Source: Planctomycetales bacterium
Lineage (GTDB): Bacteria; 4484-113; JAFGCY01
DNA: 32,000 nt
Direction of reading: 5' to 3'
Assembly: GCA_022646745.1 (NCBI GenBank)
Contig: CP060262.1
Span: forward strand, 3,120,001-3,152,000
Shown piece by piece: positions 16,035-29,872 of the stretch. A program made the position numbers and the translations under genes. Position 1 is the stretch's first letter. Each line of letters begins with the position of its first letter. The notes under the pieces are model-generated. The model ran no database searches and was not told the origin of the DNA. It was given only the letters and a program-made list of their open reading frames with translations.

Positions 16035-16466
16035 ATGAGTGTTGAAGATCTGAAGACGAAAGCCCTGGCCCTCAGTGAGGATGATCTCCAGAGCTTCCTG
16101 CAGCAGGTTCTTGAGGAAATGCCGGTCGTTCGCATGAACGCCCTGGTCAAGCACCTTGAGGAGACCTGGGATGTGAGCGCGGCCGCCGCCGCCCCCGTGA
16201 TGGTTGCTGCTGCCGGTGGCGGTGGTGGTGACGATGCCGGCGGTGCCGATGAGCAGTCCGAGTTTGACGTAATCCTGGCTGAGGCTGGCGAGAGCAAGCT
16301 GGGCGTGATCAAGGTCATCCGTGAGGTCACCGGTCTCGGCATCAAGGAAGCCAAGGCCCTCGTTGACGGCGCTCCCAAGCCCGTCAAGGAGAAGGTCGGC
16401 AAGAGCGAGGCTGAGGAGATCAAGAAGAAGCTCGTTGAAGCGGGAGCGACTGTCGAATTAAAGTAA
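16035..16466 (+). CDS. rplL: 50S ribosomal protein L7/L12 (with about 17 extra N-terminal residues)
   Basis: Ala/Gly hinge plus a C-terminal domain ([56 protein letters not shown]). GGAGGA lies 5 nt before the ATG at 16035. Confidence 0.93.
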   Translation: MSVEDLKTKALALSEDDLQSFLQQVLEEMPVVRMNALVKHLEETWDVSAAAAAPVMVAAAGGGGGDDAGGADEQSEFDVILAEAGESKLGVIKVIREVTGLGIKEAKALVDGAPKPVKEKVGKSEAEEIKKKLVEAGATVELK

Positions 16467-16488
16467 CGGCATTCCAACTTCTGAATAC

Positions 16489-16519
16489 ATACCACCGGGG
16501 TCATCGGCCCCGGTGGTAT
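16489..16519 (+). terminator. 12-bp hairpin in the rplL-rpoB spacer (attenuator-like, no U-tract)
   Basis: ataccaccgggg-tcatcgg-ccccggtggtat. It is positionally analogous to the partial terminator known between rplL and rpoB in E. coli. Confidence 0.4.
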
Positions 16520-16550
16520 TCGTCGCATATACGTTGTCAAGGAGCGCGCT

Positions 16551-20484
<3,934 letters not shown>

Positions 20485-20498
<14 letters not shown>

Positions 20499-23400
20499 TC
20501 GTCCCCAGACGAACAACATCAAGAGTCTCAGGATCGGCCTGGCAAGCCCGGAAAAGATCATTTCCTGGAGCCACGGCGAGGTCAAGAAACCGGAAACCTT
20601 CAACTACAGGACCTACAAGCCTGAAAAGGACGGCCTGTTCTGCGAGCGGATCTTCGGGCCCGTGAAGGACTTCGAGTGCGCCTGCGGCAAGTACAAGAAG
20701 AAGCGTTACAAGAACCTGGTCTGCGAGCGCTGCGGCGTTGAGGTGACGAGCAACCGTGCTCGCCGTGAACGCCTTGGCCACATCCGCCTTGCCAGTCCGG
20801 TCGCGCACATCTGGTTCACCAAGTCGATCCCCAACCGCTTCAGCGCCCTGCTGGGCATCAGCGGCAAGGAGATCGAGAAGGTGATCTACTTCGTGTCCTA
20901 CCTCGTCATCAGCATTGACGAGGAATGGGTGCTGAAGAAGCTGCCGGAGATCACGAAGCTTGTCAACGGACGCCTCGACGAGCTGCAGGCCCGCAACATC
21001 AAGGCCCGTGAGCTTGTCAGTGTCAACCTGTTCGACCTCGCTTCCGATGCGGAGGTGACCGCGGCCCAGAAGAAGGACTTCAAAGCCGTTGCCACTTCGC
21101 TGAAGGACGCAGCCGTCGGTGACATCAGCGAGGACCAGGAGAAGGTACTCGAGGATGTCAAGAACGTGCTGCTCAAGCAGGGCCTTCTGAAGCAGTTCAT
21201 GCTGGCCGCACCGCTTACGGACGACAACACAGGTGAGGTGATCGCCTACGCCCGTGAGCTGCCGGACTACGCCATCCTGTCGAAGGCGATGTATCTCGGC
21301 AAGTTCGATATCCCCTTCGAGCTGCGTGATGAGGAACGTGACATCACGATCAAGAAGGAGATCGAGGAGATCAACAACGAGCACAACAACCTCACCGAGG
21401 CGCTCTACCTCCTTGAGAACATGAAGCCGCTGGACCGTCTCAACGACGTCCAGAAGGACCAGTACAACTACCTGAAGATGCTGTGCCTCGATGGCGACAT
21501 GGGCGACCTCGACGAGCACATCAACATCGGCATCGGTGCCGCCGCCGTGCAGGAGACACTGCGCAACATGGACTTCCCCGCCCTGGAGAAGGAACTTGTT
21601 GACGACCTGGACGGTGCCACCAGCCAGAAGAAGCAGAAGCTGATCAAGCGCCTGAAGGTCTGCCGCGCCTTCCTGCACAGCGAGAACCGTCCGGAGTGGA
21701 TGATCCTCACCGTGCTGCCGGTGCTGCCGCCTGAGTTGCGCCCGATGGTCGAGCTGGAGGGTGGCCGCTTCGCGTCATCCGACCTGAACGACCTCTACCG
21801 CCGCGTGATCAACCGCAACAACCGCCTCAAGAAGCTGATCGACATCCGCGCCCCTGAGAGCATCCTGCGCAACGAGCGCCGCATGCTGCAGGAGTCCGTT
21901 GATGCGCTGATTGACAACGGCCGCAAGGGCCGCGCGGCTGTCAACGTGAACAACCGTGCGCTGAAGTCCCTGAGCGACATGCTCAAGGGTAAGCAGGGAC
22001 GCTTCCGCCAGAACCTGCTCGGAAAGCGCGTCGACTACTCCGGTCGTTCCGTGATCGTTGTCGGTCCGAAGCTGAAGCTGCACCAGTGCGGCCTGCCGAA
22101 GTACATGGCGCTTGAGCTGTTCAAGCCCTTCGTGCTCAACAAGCTGATCAATCCTGACGACCCGAACCAGAACATCGCGCAGGCCCGCCGCACGCTTGAG
22201 CGTGCCGAGGACCCGCGCGTGTGGGACGCCCTTGAGGAAATCACCCGCAGCCACCCAGTGCTGCTCAACCGTGCACCGACCCTGCACCGCCTCTCGATCC
22301 AGGCCTTCGAGCCCGTGCTGATCGAGGGCAAGGCGATCCAGTTGCACCCGCTGGTCTGCGCTGCCTACAACGCGGACTTCGACGGAGACCAGATGGCTGT
22401 GCACGTACCGCTGTCAACGGCGGCCCAGGCCGAGGCGCGCGTGCTGATGCTCAGCGCCAACAACCTGCTGCTGCCGGCGGATGGCGCGCCGGTGATCGCT
22501 CCTTCGCATGACATCGTGCTTGGCATCTACTACCTGACCGTCGCTCCGAAGGAGGGTGAGGTCGAGGTCCAGAGCCTGCCGTTCTTCTATTCGCAGAACG
22601 ATGCTCTGATGGCCTACCAGAACGGCCACATCAAGATGCAGGACCTGATCCAGGTGCCGATCCACCGCACGGTGACAACTGATACCGAATTGTCCGACCC
22701 GGCGCTCGAGAAGAAACCGATGACGGTCACCACCGTGGGCCGCATCATCTTCAACAAGACCCTCGCCGATGTGATGGAGTTTGATGCAGAGAAGCAGGAC
22801 TATCCCCTGCCCTACATCAACGCCGTCGTTGACAAGGGCTGCATGAGCTCCATCATTTCCGAGGCCTTCCAGATCTGCGGCCAGCGCGTCACAGTGCTGA
22901 TCGCGGACGCCCTGAAGGACCTCGGTTTCGAGATGGCAACGCAGTCCGGCATGACGATCGCCGCCAGTGACATTGTGATCCCGGCCGCCAAGGAGAAGAT
23001 CCTCGGCGAGGCGGAAGACAAGGCACAGGACATCTGGAACAAGCGCAAGTCCGGCGTGATCACTGAAACCGAGAAGGACCTTGAGGTGACCCGCATCTGG
23101 GACCAGGCCACGAAGGACCTGACCAAGGCGATGCGTGATAACTTCAGCCCGCTGAACTCCGTGTACATGATGGCAACATCGGGTGCGCGAGGCAAGATCG
23201 ACCAGGTGCGCCAGCTGGCCGCCATGCGAGGGCTGCTCGTCGGTCCCTCCGGCCGCGTGCTGGACTTCCCGATCAAGTCCAACTTCCGTGAAGGCCTGAG
23301 CGTGTCGGAGTACTTCATCTCCACCCACGGTGGCCGCAAGGGTCTGGTCGACACGGCCCTGAAGACCGCTGACTCGGGTTACCTGACCCGCCGCCTGATT

Positions 23401-24816
23401 GACGTGGCACTCGATGTCAGCGTCACTGAGGAGGACTGCGGCACGGAAGAGTCGATCATGGCGGACCTGAGCCTTGCTGACAACATCCGCAAGGTGAAGA
23501 AGATCCTCGTGGGCCGTGTGCTTGCGGAGAACATCATCGACCCGGAGACCGGCGAGACCGTGATCGAGTCCGGTACCGAGATCAACAATGCGCGTGCCAC
23601 CGTGATCTACCGCCTTGAGATGAAGGGCGTGCGGGTGCGCAGTGCGCTGACCTGCCGCACGCTTGGCGGCGTCTGCTCCAGGTGCTACGGCTGGGACCTC
23701 GCCGCCGGTCAGATTGCCCAGGTCGGCGACCCGATCGGTGTCGTGGCTGCGCAGTCCATCGGCGAGCCGGGCACGCAGCTGACGATGCGTACCTTCCACA
23801 CGGGAGGCATCAAGTCCAGCGCGGACATCACACAGGGTCTGCCGCTGGTCGAGCAGATCTTCGAGGTGCGAGGCGTGAAGAGCCCGTCACTGCTCTGTGA
23901 GCAGGACGGCGAGGTGACCGCCATCAACGAGATGGTCTACGAGCGTGTGACCGTGCAGTCGATAGACGGCAGCCGTGAGAAGACCTATGAGGTGGTGCAC
24001 CCTTACCAGGACCGCCTGAAGATCCACTTCCGGAGCAAGATCGCACAGCATGATGCGCTTGACAACGCCGAGGAGATCCTCGCGGACTTCCCAGGCGTGG
24101 TCACCCAGCTGTTCACTGACACGGCCAAGACCTACTGGAAAATCGTGGTCAAGGACAGCGATGGCAACGAGCATGAGTACGAGACCCCGCATGAGAACCG
24201 GACCCCGCGCGTGGCCGTCGGCCAGCAGGTGCTGCGGGGCGACGAGCTGTGCGAGGGCAACATGGACCTGCGCAAGTACCACCTGCTGATGGGTGACCTG
24301 GCAACGCAGCTGTACATCACGAACAAGATCCAGGAGATCTACGAGAGCCAGAACGTGAACACGAACTCGAAGCACATCGAGGTCGTTGCCAAGCAGATGG
24401 TACGCTTCGTGGAGATCGTCGATCCGGCGAAGGAGGACGAGTTCTACGAGGGTGACCTCGTGGACCGTACCTACTTCGAGCAGCTGTGCGAGAAGCGCCG
24501 CGTGGACGGCAAGCCTGTCCCCGAGGGCCGCAGCCTGCTGCAGGGCATCTCGAAGAGCAGCCTGTCAACGGAGAGCTTCCTTGCGGCCGCATCCTTCCAG
24601 GAGACGACCCGCGTGCTGACCGAGGCCGCCATCGAGGGCAAGGTCGACATGCTCAAGGGCCTGAAGGAGAACGTGATCATCGGTGGACTGATCCCGGTCG
24701 GTACCGGCAAGGTCAACCAGGAGATCGAGAAGATGGCCAAGGAGGCGATCTTCCCCGAGGAGCAGGCCGAGGAAGGCAAGGAGAAGGACGAGACCACTGC
24801 GGACTCGATCTTCTAA
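20485..24816 (+). CDS. rpoC: DNA-directed RNA polymerase beta-prime subunit
   Basis: Zn-finger CACGKY..C..CGVEV, the NADFDGD active site and the NRPEWMIL block. The ORF-track start at 20419 lies deep inside rpoB. TTG at 20485 (or GTG at 20476) follows GGAGGTGAGG, so the start is uncertain by a few codons. Confidence 0.95.
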
Positions 24817-24845
24817 TCCTTCACGGAATACAACCGGATCCACTG

Positions 24846-24887
24846 CAGGCGCCGGATCACCTGGGAACAGGCTTGATCCGGCGCCTG
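24846..24887 (+). terminator. Long perfect hairpin after rpoC (14 bp plus 4 bp, GGAA tetraloop), no U-tract
   Basis: caggcgccggatca at 24846-24859 pairs with tgatccggcgcctg at 24874-24887. An inner cctg/cagg stem is capped by GGAA. Confidence 0.5.
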
Positions 24888-24890
24888 TCC

Positions 24891-24896
24891 TATAAT
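24891..24896 (+). promoter_or_regulatory. -10 box TATAAT, 3 nt after the rpoC hairpin and overlapping the first ATG of the kinase ORF
   Basis: The sequence reads tccTATAATggtggcgGTG. An in-frame GTG at 24904 lies 7 nt after the box. Confidence 0.4.
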
Positions 24897-26163
24897 GGTG
24901 GCGGTGCAGCAACCAGACAGGATCGGCGACTACACGATCATCTCCCAGCTCGGCAAGGGTTCAATGGGCATCGTCTATGAGGGCCAGCCCGCCGATGGCG
25001 GGGATACTGTTGCCATCAAGGTCTTCTACCCCGACCCGGCCCTAAGCAAGGAAGAGACCCGTAACCTGCTCGACCGATTCGAGCGTGAAGGCAACAGCCT
25101 GTCCCGCATCCGCCAGGACAATGTCGTCAAGGTGCTGGAGGCCGGCACAGACGGTGAGCGGGAGTTCATCGTCATGGAAAAGCTTGAGGGCTACAACCTC
25201 AAGGAATTGCTGGAACTCGGTACACGCTTCACCCTCAGTGAGACCATTGAAATCATCCTGCAACTGCTGGCCGGGCTGAGCGCCTGCCACAACGGCGGGA
25301 TCGTGCACCGTGACATCAAGCCTGCCAACCTGATCCGCAGTTCGGCGGGCGAGGTGAAGCTGACTGACTTCGGCATCGCCCGAGTTGTCACGGACCAGAC
25401 CCTGACCCGTGAAGGCACGATCGTCGGCACGCCCAACTACATGTCACCGGAACAGATCCGAGGCGAGGAGGTGGACGCGCGCAGTGACATCTTCTCCGCC
25501 GGCGCGATGATGTATGAGCTGCTGACGGGACGCAAGCCGTTTGACGGGCCGGACATGACGGCGATCATGTACAACGTCACCAATGTGCATCCGCCGTCGC
25601 CACGCTTCTACAACGGCGCATTGCCGGATGAGATCGAGTCGATCGTATTCAAGGCGCTGGCCAAGAAACCCGATGAGCGCTACGAGACGGCAGAAAGCTT
25701 CGCCGGGGTGCTGCGCAAGCTTGAGCAGGACCTGCACTACCGGGATGACACCGAGGCGGTGTTGAATGCCCTGCCCTCCGCCCCCGCTGTCGATGCGATT
25801 AACAACCTGCCCAGCAGCGGGGCCGGTGCGCGGCAGGCAACGGGATCCGCCTGGGCCGGCCTGCAGAACACACCCCCGGTTGGCGGCACGGGCTCATCAA
25901 GCATCGCACCGACTGGTGGGATCATTCCCGGTACCGTCTACTGCATTGACTGCGGTTTTGCCAACCAGGCTGATGAGAAGCTTTGCACACGCTGCATGCG
26001 GCCGCTGCTTAAGCGCCATGAAGTGCTGCAGATGAACAGCAAGCAGGCCCGCAAAATGCGAGGATTCAGCAGCGGTGACAAGTTCTTCATGACCTGCCTG
26101 AGCATCCTGATGGCGGGCTGTGCGATCCTGATCATCTGGCTGTTCTTCCGCCACATGATCTGA
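24895..26163 (+). CDS. Hanks-type Ser/Thr protein kinase with a C-terminal zinc ribbon and a tail-anchor TM helix
   Basis: GKGSMGIVYEG, VAIKV, HRDIKPANL, DFGIA and GTPNYMSPE motifs. CIDC-x10-CTRC at about 25939-25998. TM segment FFMTCLSILMAGCAILIIWLFF lies at the extreme C-terminus. The true start may be the GTG at 24904. Confidence 0.9.
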   Translation: MVAVQQPDRIGDYTIISQLGKGSMGIVYEGQPADGGDTVAIKVFYPDPALSKEETRNLLDRFEREGNSLSRIRQDNVVKVLEAGTDGEREFIVMEKLEGYNLKELLELGTRFTLSETIEIILQLLAGLSACHNGGIVHRDIKPANLIRSSAGEVKLTDFGIARVVTDQTLTREGTIVGTPNYMSPEQIRGEEVDARSDIFSAGAMMYELLTGRKPFDGPDMTAIMYNVTNVHPPSPRFYNGALPDEIESIVFKALAKKPDERYETAESFAGVLRKLEQDLHYRDDTEAVLNALPSAPAVDAINNLPSSGAGARQATGSAWAGLQNTPPVGGTGSSSIAPTGGIIPGTVYCIDCGFANQADEKLCTRCMRPLLKRHEVLQMNSKQARKMRGFSSGDKFFMTCLSILMAGCAILIIWLFFRHMI

Positions 26164-26168
26164 GCGGA

Positions 26169-26846
26169 TTACTGCTTCTCTAGCCTGCGGCCCTGTTCCT
26201 CTCGCCCGTACTCCTGCTCGAATTCGTCGAGCCTGCTGCGGATATCCTCCGGCAGCCTCGCATCGAGTTCGGCCAGCGGATCGTATTCTTCCTCGGTGCG
26301 GTCATAGACCTCTATCAGCGATTCCGCGAAATCAGCCTCATCCCCGAGGATGCTGCGCACGGGAGTCGTGTTGTCAGCATGCTGACCCTTTTCGAGGATC
26401 TGCCGCAGCTTGCGGTGTGTCTGCTTGAGGCGACGGACTTCTTCTGGACCGCCAAGCACCGGATCGCGCTCCGCCAGGCGGATCTTTCGCCGGATGTAGC
26501 GGGTGTATTCAATCAGCAGGAAACGTTCGTTGACACGCAGGATCCTGCCGTAGGCCGCCGTGATGTTCTTTGTGTTGATGTGCTGGATGATGCGCCGGAT
26601 CACGAAGCCCATGGCCACCCAGCTTGCCGGGACGAGGAACAGCGCGGTTTCCTCCGGCATGCGCATGTTGGCAGCGATGAAGAAGCTGGAAACGAACCAG
26701 CCCATCCACAGCAGGAAGGGCACGGGACTCGGTATCTCGGCGGCCCCCCAGCTCTTGAGTGTACGCGGGTCAGGCCTGTACTTCTTGCCGGCTGGACTCA
26801 GTCGCCACCTGAGGTCCTGCAGCAGGCGTTCAGCTGCATCCCTCAT
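26169..26846 (-). CDS. Hypothetical membrane protein (two TM helices, acidic helical C-terminal half)
   Basis: 225-aa ORF. Its ATG overlaps the stop of the upstream gene (ATGA), which suggests translational coupling. I recognise no family. Confidence 0.6.
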   Translation of the reverse strand: MRDAAERLLQDLRWRLSPAGKKYRPDPRTLKSWGAAEIPSPVPFLLWMGWFVSSFFIAANMRMPEETALFLVPASWVAMGFVIRRIIQHINTKNITAAYGRILRVNERFLLIEYTRYIRRKIRLAERDPVLGGPEEVRRLKQTHRKLRQILEKGQHADNTTPVRSILGDEADFAESLIEVYDRTEEEYDPLAELDARLPEDIRSRLDEFEQEYGREEQGRRLEKQ

Positions 26847-27862
26847 CGCATGCCCCAGGTGGCGGGCATTTCACCGCCTGACAACCAATTGTTAAGCTCA
26901 TCACGGTAGTTGCGCACCTTGCGGAAGGCGTCATTGGCACGCATTCCCAGTTCCCTGGCTACCTCCCGGTCATATCCGGCATTGTCAATGAAAATGATCG
27001 TGTCGAATCCGTAGCTCACACCATTGTACTGGGCCTGGTAGTATGCTCCGGTGCCCTCCTCCTGGATGTAGGCCATCGGGTTGGCCTCTACCTGAGGGCG
27101 CGTATCAATCACCCAGTCCAGCCAGTCACGCTCCAGCTCGAAGAAGCGCTTGTGCTGCTGCGCGGCGGGAACATAGCTGTTGCTGGCGGCATCGTAACCG
27201 CGTACGCTGCGGTATGACAAGCCACCCAGGCTGCCGTCCAGGTTCCTGTAGCAGAGCAGCTCGTAGCTGCCGTTGTCATCCAGGTCGGCCAGCTGGTACT
27301 CCCCCCACTGTGTATGCGCGTTAGTCGTGTCCACGCTTTCGACATTGCCGGATCCGTCGACACTGAAGGCCAGTACCTGTGAGTCCTCGTAACCATCAGA
27401 AAAGCTAACAACGATGATCAGCCGTGCGTCCTGTCCGCGCTGTGTCGGCCAGGCGGACAGCTTCGACAGGAAGCCTGGAATGCGCTGGCCCCGGAGGTTG
27501 ATCACCTGCATATCCCGATCAGACAGGCCGACGCATATTGAAGTTTCAAGCTGCCGCCCGCCGCTGCCTTCCATGTCTCCATACTGGCCTGACATCACGA
27601 GCAGGCTGCGTTCACTCTTGGGCCAGTGCAGCTCGATACCGCTGAGGTTCAGGACCTGCATGCCGAGTTTTTCGGCCGCGGCATATCCTGCCTGGCTTTC
27701 GGCTCCGAGCGGGCTGGCTTCCAGCCAGGGATGGGCTTCGCAGTTAAATGAGGTTCCGGGCAGGTCCTGCAGTTGCTCAGCGGCGAGTGCCGGCAGGCAG
27801 GAAGCGGCCACCATGAGGATGGCTAGCCACATTATATTGAAAGTTGACTGCAGTCTTGTCAC
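26843..27862 (-). CDS. Hypothetical exported protein (signal peptide; one FG-GAP/VCBS-like ADLDDNGSYELL loop)
   Basis: 339-aa ORF with a GTG start. N-terminus MTRLQSTFNIMWLAILMVAASCLPALA resembles a signal peptide. Confidence 0.65.
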   Translation of the reverse strand: MTRLQSTFNIMWLAILMVAASCLPALAAEQLQDLPGTSFNCEAHPWLEASPLGAESQAGYAAAEKLGMQVLNLSGIELHWPKSERSLLVMSGQYGDMEGSGGRQLETSICVGLSDRDMQVINLRGQRIPGFLSKLSAWPTQRGQDARLIIVVSFSDGYEDSQVLAFSVDGSGNVESVDTTNAHTQWGEYQLADLDDNGSYELLCYRNLDGSLGGLSYRSVRGYDAASNSYVPAAQQHKRFFELERDWLDWVIDTRPQVEANPMAYIQEEGTGAYYQAQYNGVSYGFDTIIFIDNAGYDREVARELGMRANDAFRKVRNYRDELNNWLSGGEMPATWGMR

Positions 27863-27868
27863 ACGCTG

Positions 27869-27896
27869 ATTGTACTACTGAGAATCTGAGTGTCAG
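27869..27896 (-). promoter_or_regulatory. Promoter: cTGACA, 16-nt spacer, TACAAT, with the -10 box 6 nt before the GTG start
   Basis: The minus strand reads CTGACA (27896-27891), a 16-nt spacer, TACAAT (27874-27869), cagcgt, then GTG (27862-27860). Confidence 0.5.
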
Positions 27897-27994
27897 CACT
27901 GGGATGTAAAGCAATCAACCGACCCTTAACTCAAGGGAGCTTGCTAAACTATTGCTGACAGGGATGTCGCAACAGATAGGAGTGGGAGACCTCA

Positions 27995-29068
27995 ATGCGT
28001 AAAGAGATATCGCGCCGCGTTGTAAATGAGCAGATTCTTGGTTCATCCAACCCGATGGCCCGCTGGGGCCGGGACAGCAAGCAGTCATGCTTCGGCGCTT
28101 TTTCGGGATTCTTCTTCGGCATCCTGATATTCTTCCTGACCTTCATGTTGCCTTTCAGTGCAGCAAGGACGGAGAAGGACAGCAAAGACATCAACAAGCT
28201 TGAAGTGATGGACGTTAAGGATGCGTCGGGCTTCAGCGGGAAGGCCCTGCTGCAGGGGATCGCCGAGCCGGTGGACCGCCTGCAGGTACCACGCGGGACA
28301 GCCAGCGACATCATCGCCTTCCGTTATGTGGTGGAAAACTACGAGACACATATTGAGGAGCACGACGAAACACACACTGAAGTGCGAAATGGCAAGGATG
28401 TGGAGGTCACGGAGCGCGTCCAGGAGGAAGTGACTGAATGGGTCAAGGATGAGGACCGCTCCCGCGAGGAATGGTCTGATGTCAGGTTTGGCCACCTCCT
28501 GCTTGAATCAGGACCGGCCGGACCGAAGTTTGACATCCCCTGGCAGGAAATCTACCGTGAGGGTGACGAGAACACCAAGCTGCGCGAGACGGTGGAGATC
28601 AAGCAGGGAGGCCAGCAGTGCCTGCTCGCCATCGAGATGAAGGATGGCAACGTTGTCGCCGAGCCCGACTTCTTCCGCCTGACGGACAAGCAGAAGGACC
28701 AGCTTGTCAGCACGATGAACAGTGAGGAGGAAGGCAGCCGCTGGATGAAGATTGTCTTCTCGGTGATCCTTTGGACAATTGCCTTCAACCTGATCCTTGG
28801 TCCGGCGATGCTGCTGTTCAACATCTTCCCGGTCAAGCAGGTCGGCGGTTGTGCCCGAGGTATCGTGACACTGCTGGCATTCATTGCGGCCTGCGTCACG
28901 ACTTTCATCACCTACGTGCTGACAAAGTTCTGGTGGGTGATCGTACTGGTCATAGTCGGACTGGCCGTGTTCATGATCGTGAAGGCCATGAGCCCTGGCA
29001 AGGCGGAGCCGGACATGGAGCTGGATGATGATCCTGACCCTGATCCGGAGACTCCGGCAGCCGGCTAG
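27995..29068 (+). CDS. Membrane protein, possibly TMEM43/DUF1625-like
   Basis: One N-terminal TM segment, a large charged loop (SGKALLQGIA...FRYVVENYE...EWVKD) and three or four C-terminal TM helices, an architecture resembling the TMEM43 family. GGGAG Shine-Dalgarno lies 8 nt upstream. Confidence 0.6.
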   Translation: MRKEISRRVVNEQILGSSNPMARWGRDSKQSCFGAFSGFFFGILIFFLTFMLPFSAARTEKDSKDINKLEVMDVKDASGFSGKALLQGIAEPVDRLQVPRGTASDIIAFRYVVENYETHIEEHDETHTEVRNGKDVEVTERVQEEVTEWVKDEDRSREEWSDVRFGHLLLESGPAGPKFDIPWQEIYREGDENTKLRETVEIKQGGQQCLLAIEMKDGNVVAEPDFFRLTDKQKDQLVSTMNSEEEGSRWMKIVFSVILWTIAFNLILGPAMLLFNIFPVKQVGGCARGIVTLLAFIAACVTTFITYVLTKFWWVIVLVIVGLAVFMIVKAMSPGKAEPDMELDDDPDPDPETPAAG

Positions 29069-29805
29069 CCAAACAGCTTCAGTTCAGTGATGTCGCGGTG
29101 CTGGTTCCTCGTGTCCACCAGCGGCGATTCCAGCTGCAGCAGGTCCAGTGTGAAGATACGCTCGTTGTCATACAGTTCGTTGCCATTCGGGTCGAACACA
29201 TGGTTGGCAGCTCCATCAAACTGCTCGGCTTCATTGTCAATCGATGAGATGCAGCAGCCGACGACGAACATGTTGTTCTCGATCGCCCGCGCCCGCAGCA
29301 ATGCCGACCAGATATGGTCGCGCCGGGCAGGCCAGAGGGCCGGGACCATCAGCAGGCCGATCCCATGTTCAAGCCTCAGGGCATGGGCTTGGTCGGGGAA
29401 GCGGATGTCATTGCAGATTGCCATGCCTACCCTGAGGTTCAGCATCTGGAAGCAGGCGTAGGTGTCTCCAGATTTCCACATCGTATGCTCATGGTTCGGG
29501 CGGAACAGGTGGACCTTGTCATAGCGGGCGATCTCCTCCCCGCCCTGCATCACTAGCTGGCGGTTGTAACCGTCTTCGCTGATGCTGCCGAAGCAGCAGC
29601 ATATGGATGGGAAGCTGCGGCTGACCTGCGCCAGTCCGCTGCGCAGCTCCTCCACGGGATTATCTCCGCGATACCCGGTCAGGAACAGTTCCGGAAACAC
29701 GACCATGTCGCATTTATGCTCAGCTGCACGGCGAACCTGCTGGGCAGCGTTGCGCAGGTTGAGGTCTGTGTGACCCACGTGCCAGTGTGACATGTATATC
29801 CGCAT
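29065..29805 (-). CDS. Carbon-nitrogen hydrolase (nitrilase superfamily, amidase-like)
   Basis: VVFPELFLTGY (catalytic Glu region), a KVHLF Lys region and MAICNDIRFP (catalytic Cys). ATG at 29805; an in-frame TTG is at 29808. Confidence 0.85.
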   Translation of the reverse strand: MRIYMSHWHVGHTDLNLRNAAQQVRRAAEHKCDMVVFPELFLTGYRGDNPVEELRSGLAQVSRSFPSICCCFGSISEDGYNRQLVMQGGEEIARYDKVHLFRPNHEHTMWKSGDTYACFQMLNLRVGMAICNDIRFPDQAHALRLEHGIGLLMVPALWPARRDHIWSALLRARAIENNMFVVGCCISSIDNEAEQFDGAANHVFDPNGNELYDNERIFTLDLLQLESPLVDTRNQHRDITELKLFG

Positions 29806-29811
29806 CAACTG

Positions 29812-29817
29812 ATTCTA
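29812..29817 (-). promoter_or_regulatory. -10-like TAGAAT, 6 nt upstream of the nitrilase ATG
   Basis: The minus strand reads TAGAAT-cagttg-ATG. No Shine-Dalgarno sequence. Confidence 0.35.
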
Positions 29818-29841
29818 GGACCTGTGCCAGATTGATGCGGC

Positions 29842-29847
29842 TATAAT
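29842..29847 (+). promoter_or_regulatory. -10 box TATAAT for the VOC gene, back-to-back with the nitrilase -10
   Basis: Perfect TATAAT about 25 nt before the ATG at 29873, with GCGGAGG (Shine-Dalgarno) between them. Confidence 0.4.
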
Positions 29848-29872
29848 CCGCGTGGGTAAGCGGAGGTTTGCA

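Noticed and set aside
27831-27836. A perfect TATAAT on the minus strand inside the 339-aa ORF, overlapping an internal ATG (tataATGtgg). It mimics the kinase configuration.
   Set aside because: Starting downstream would remove the positively charged n-region of a good signal peptide. The upstream CTGACA-16-TACAAT-6-GTG promoter explains the gene better, so this is probably a chance hexamer.
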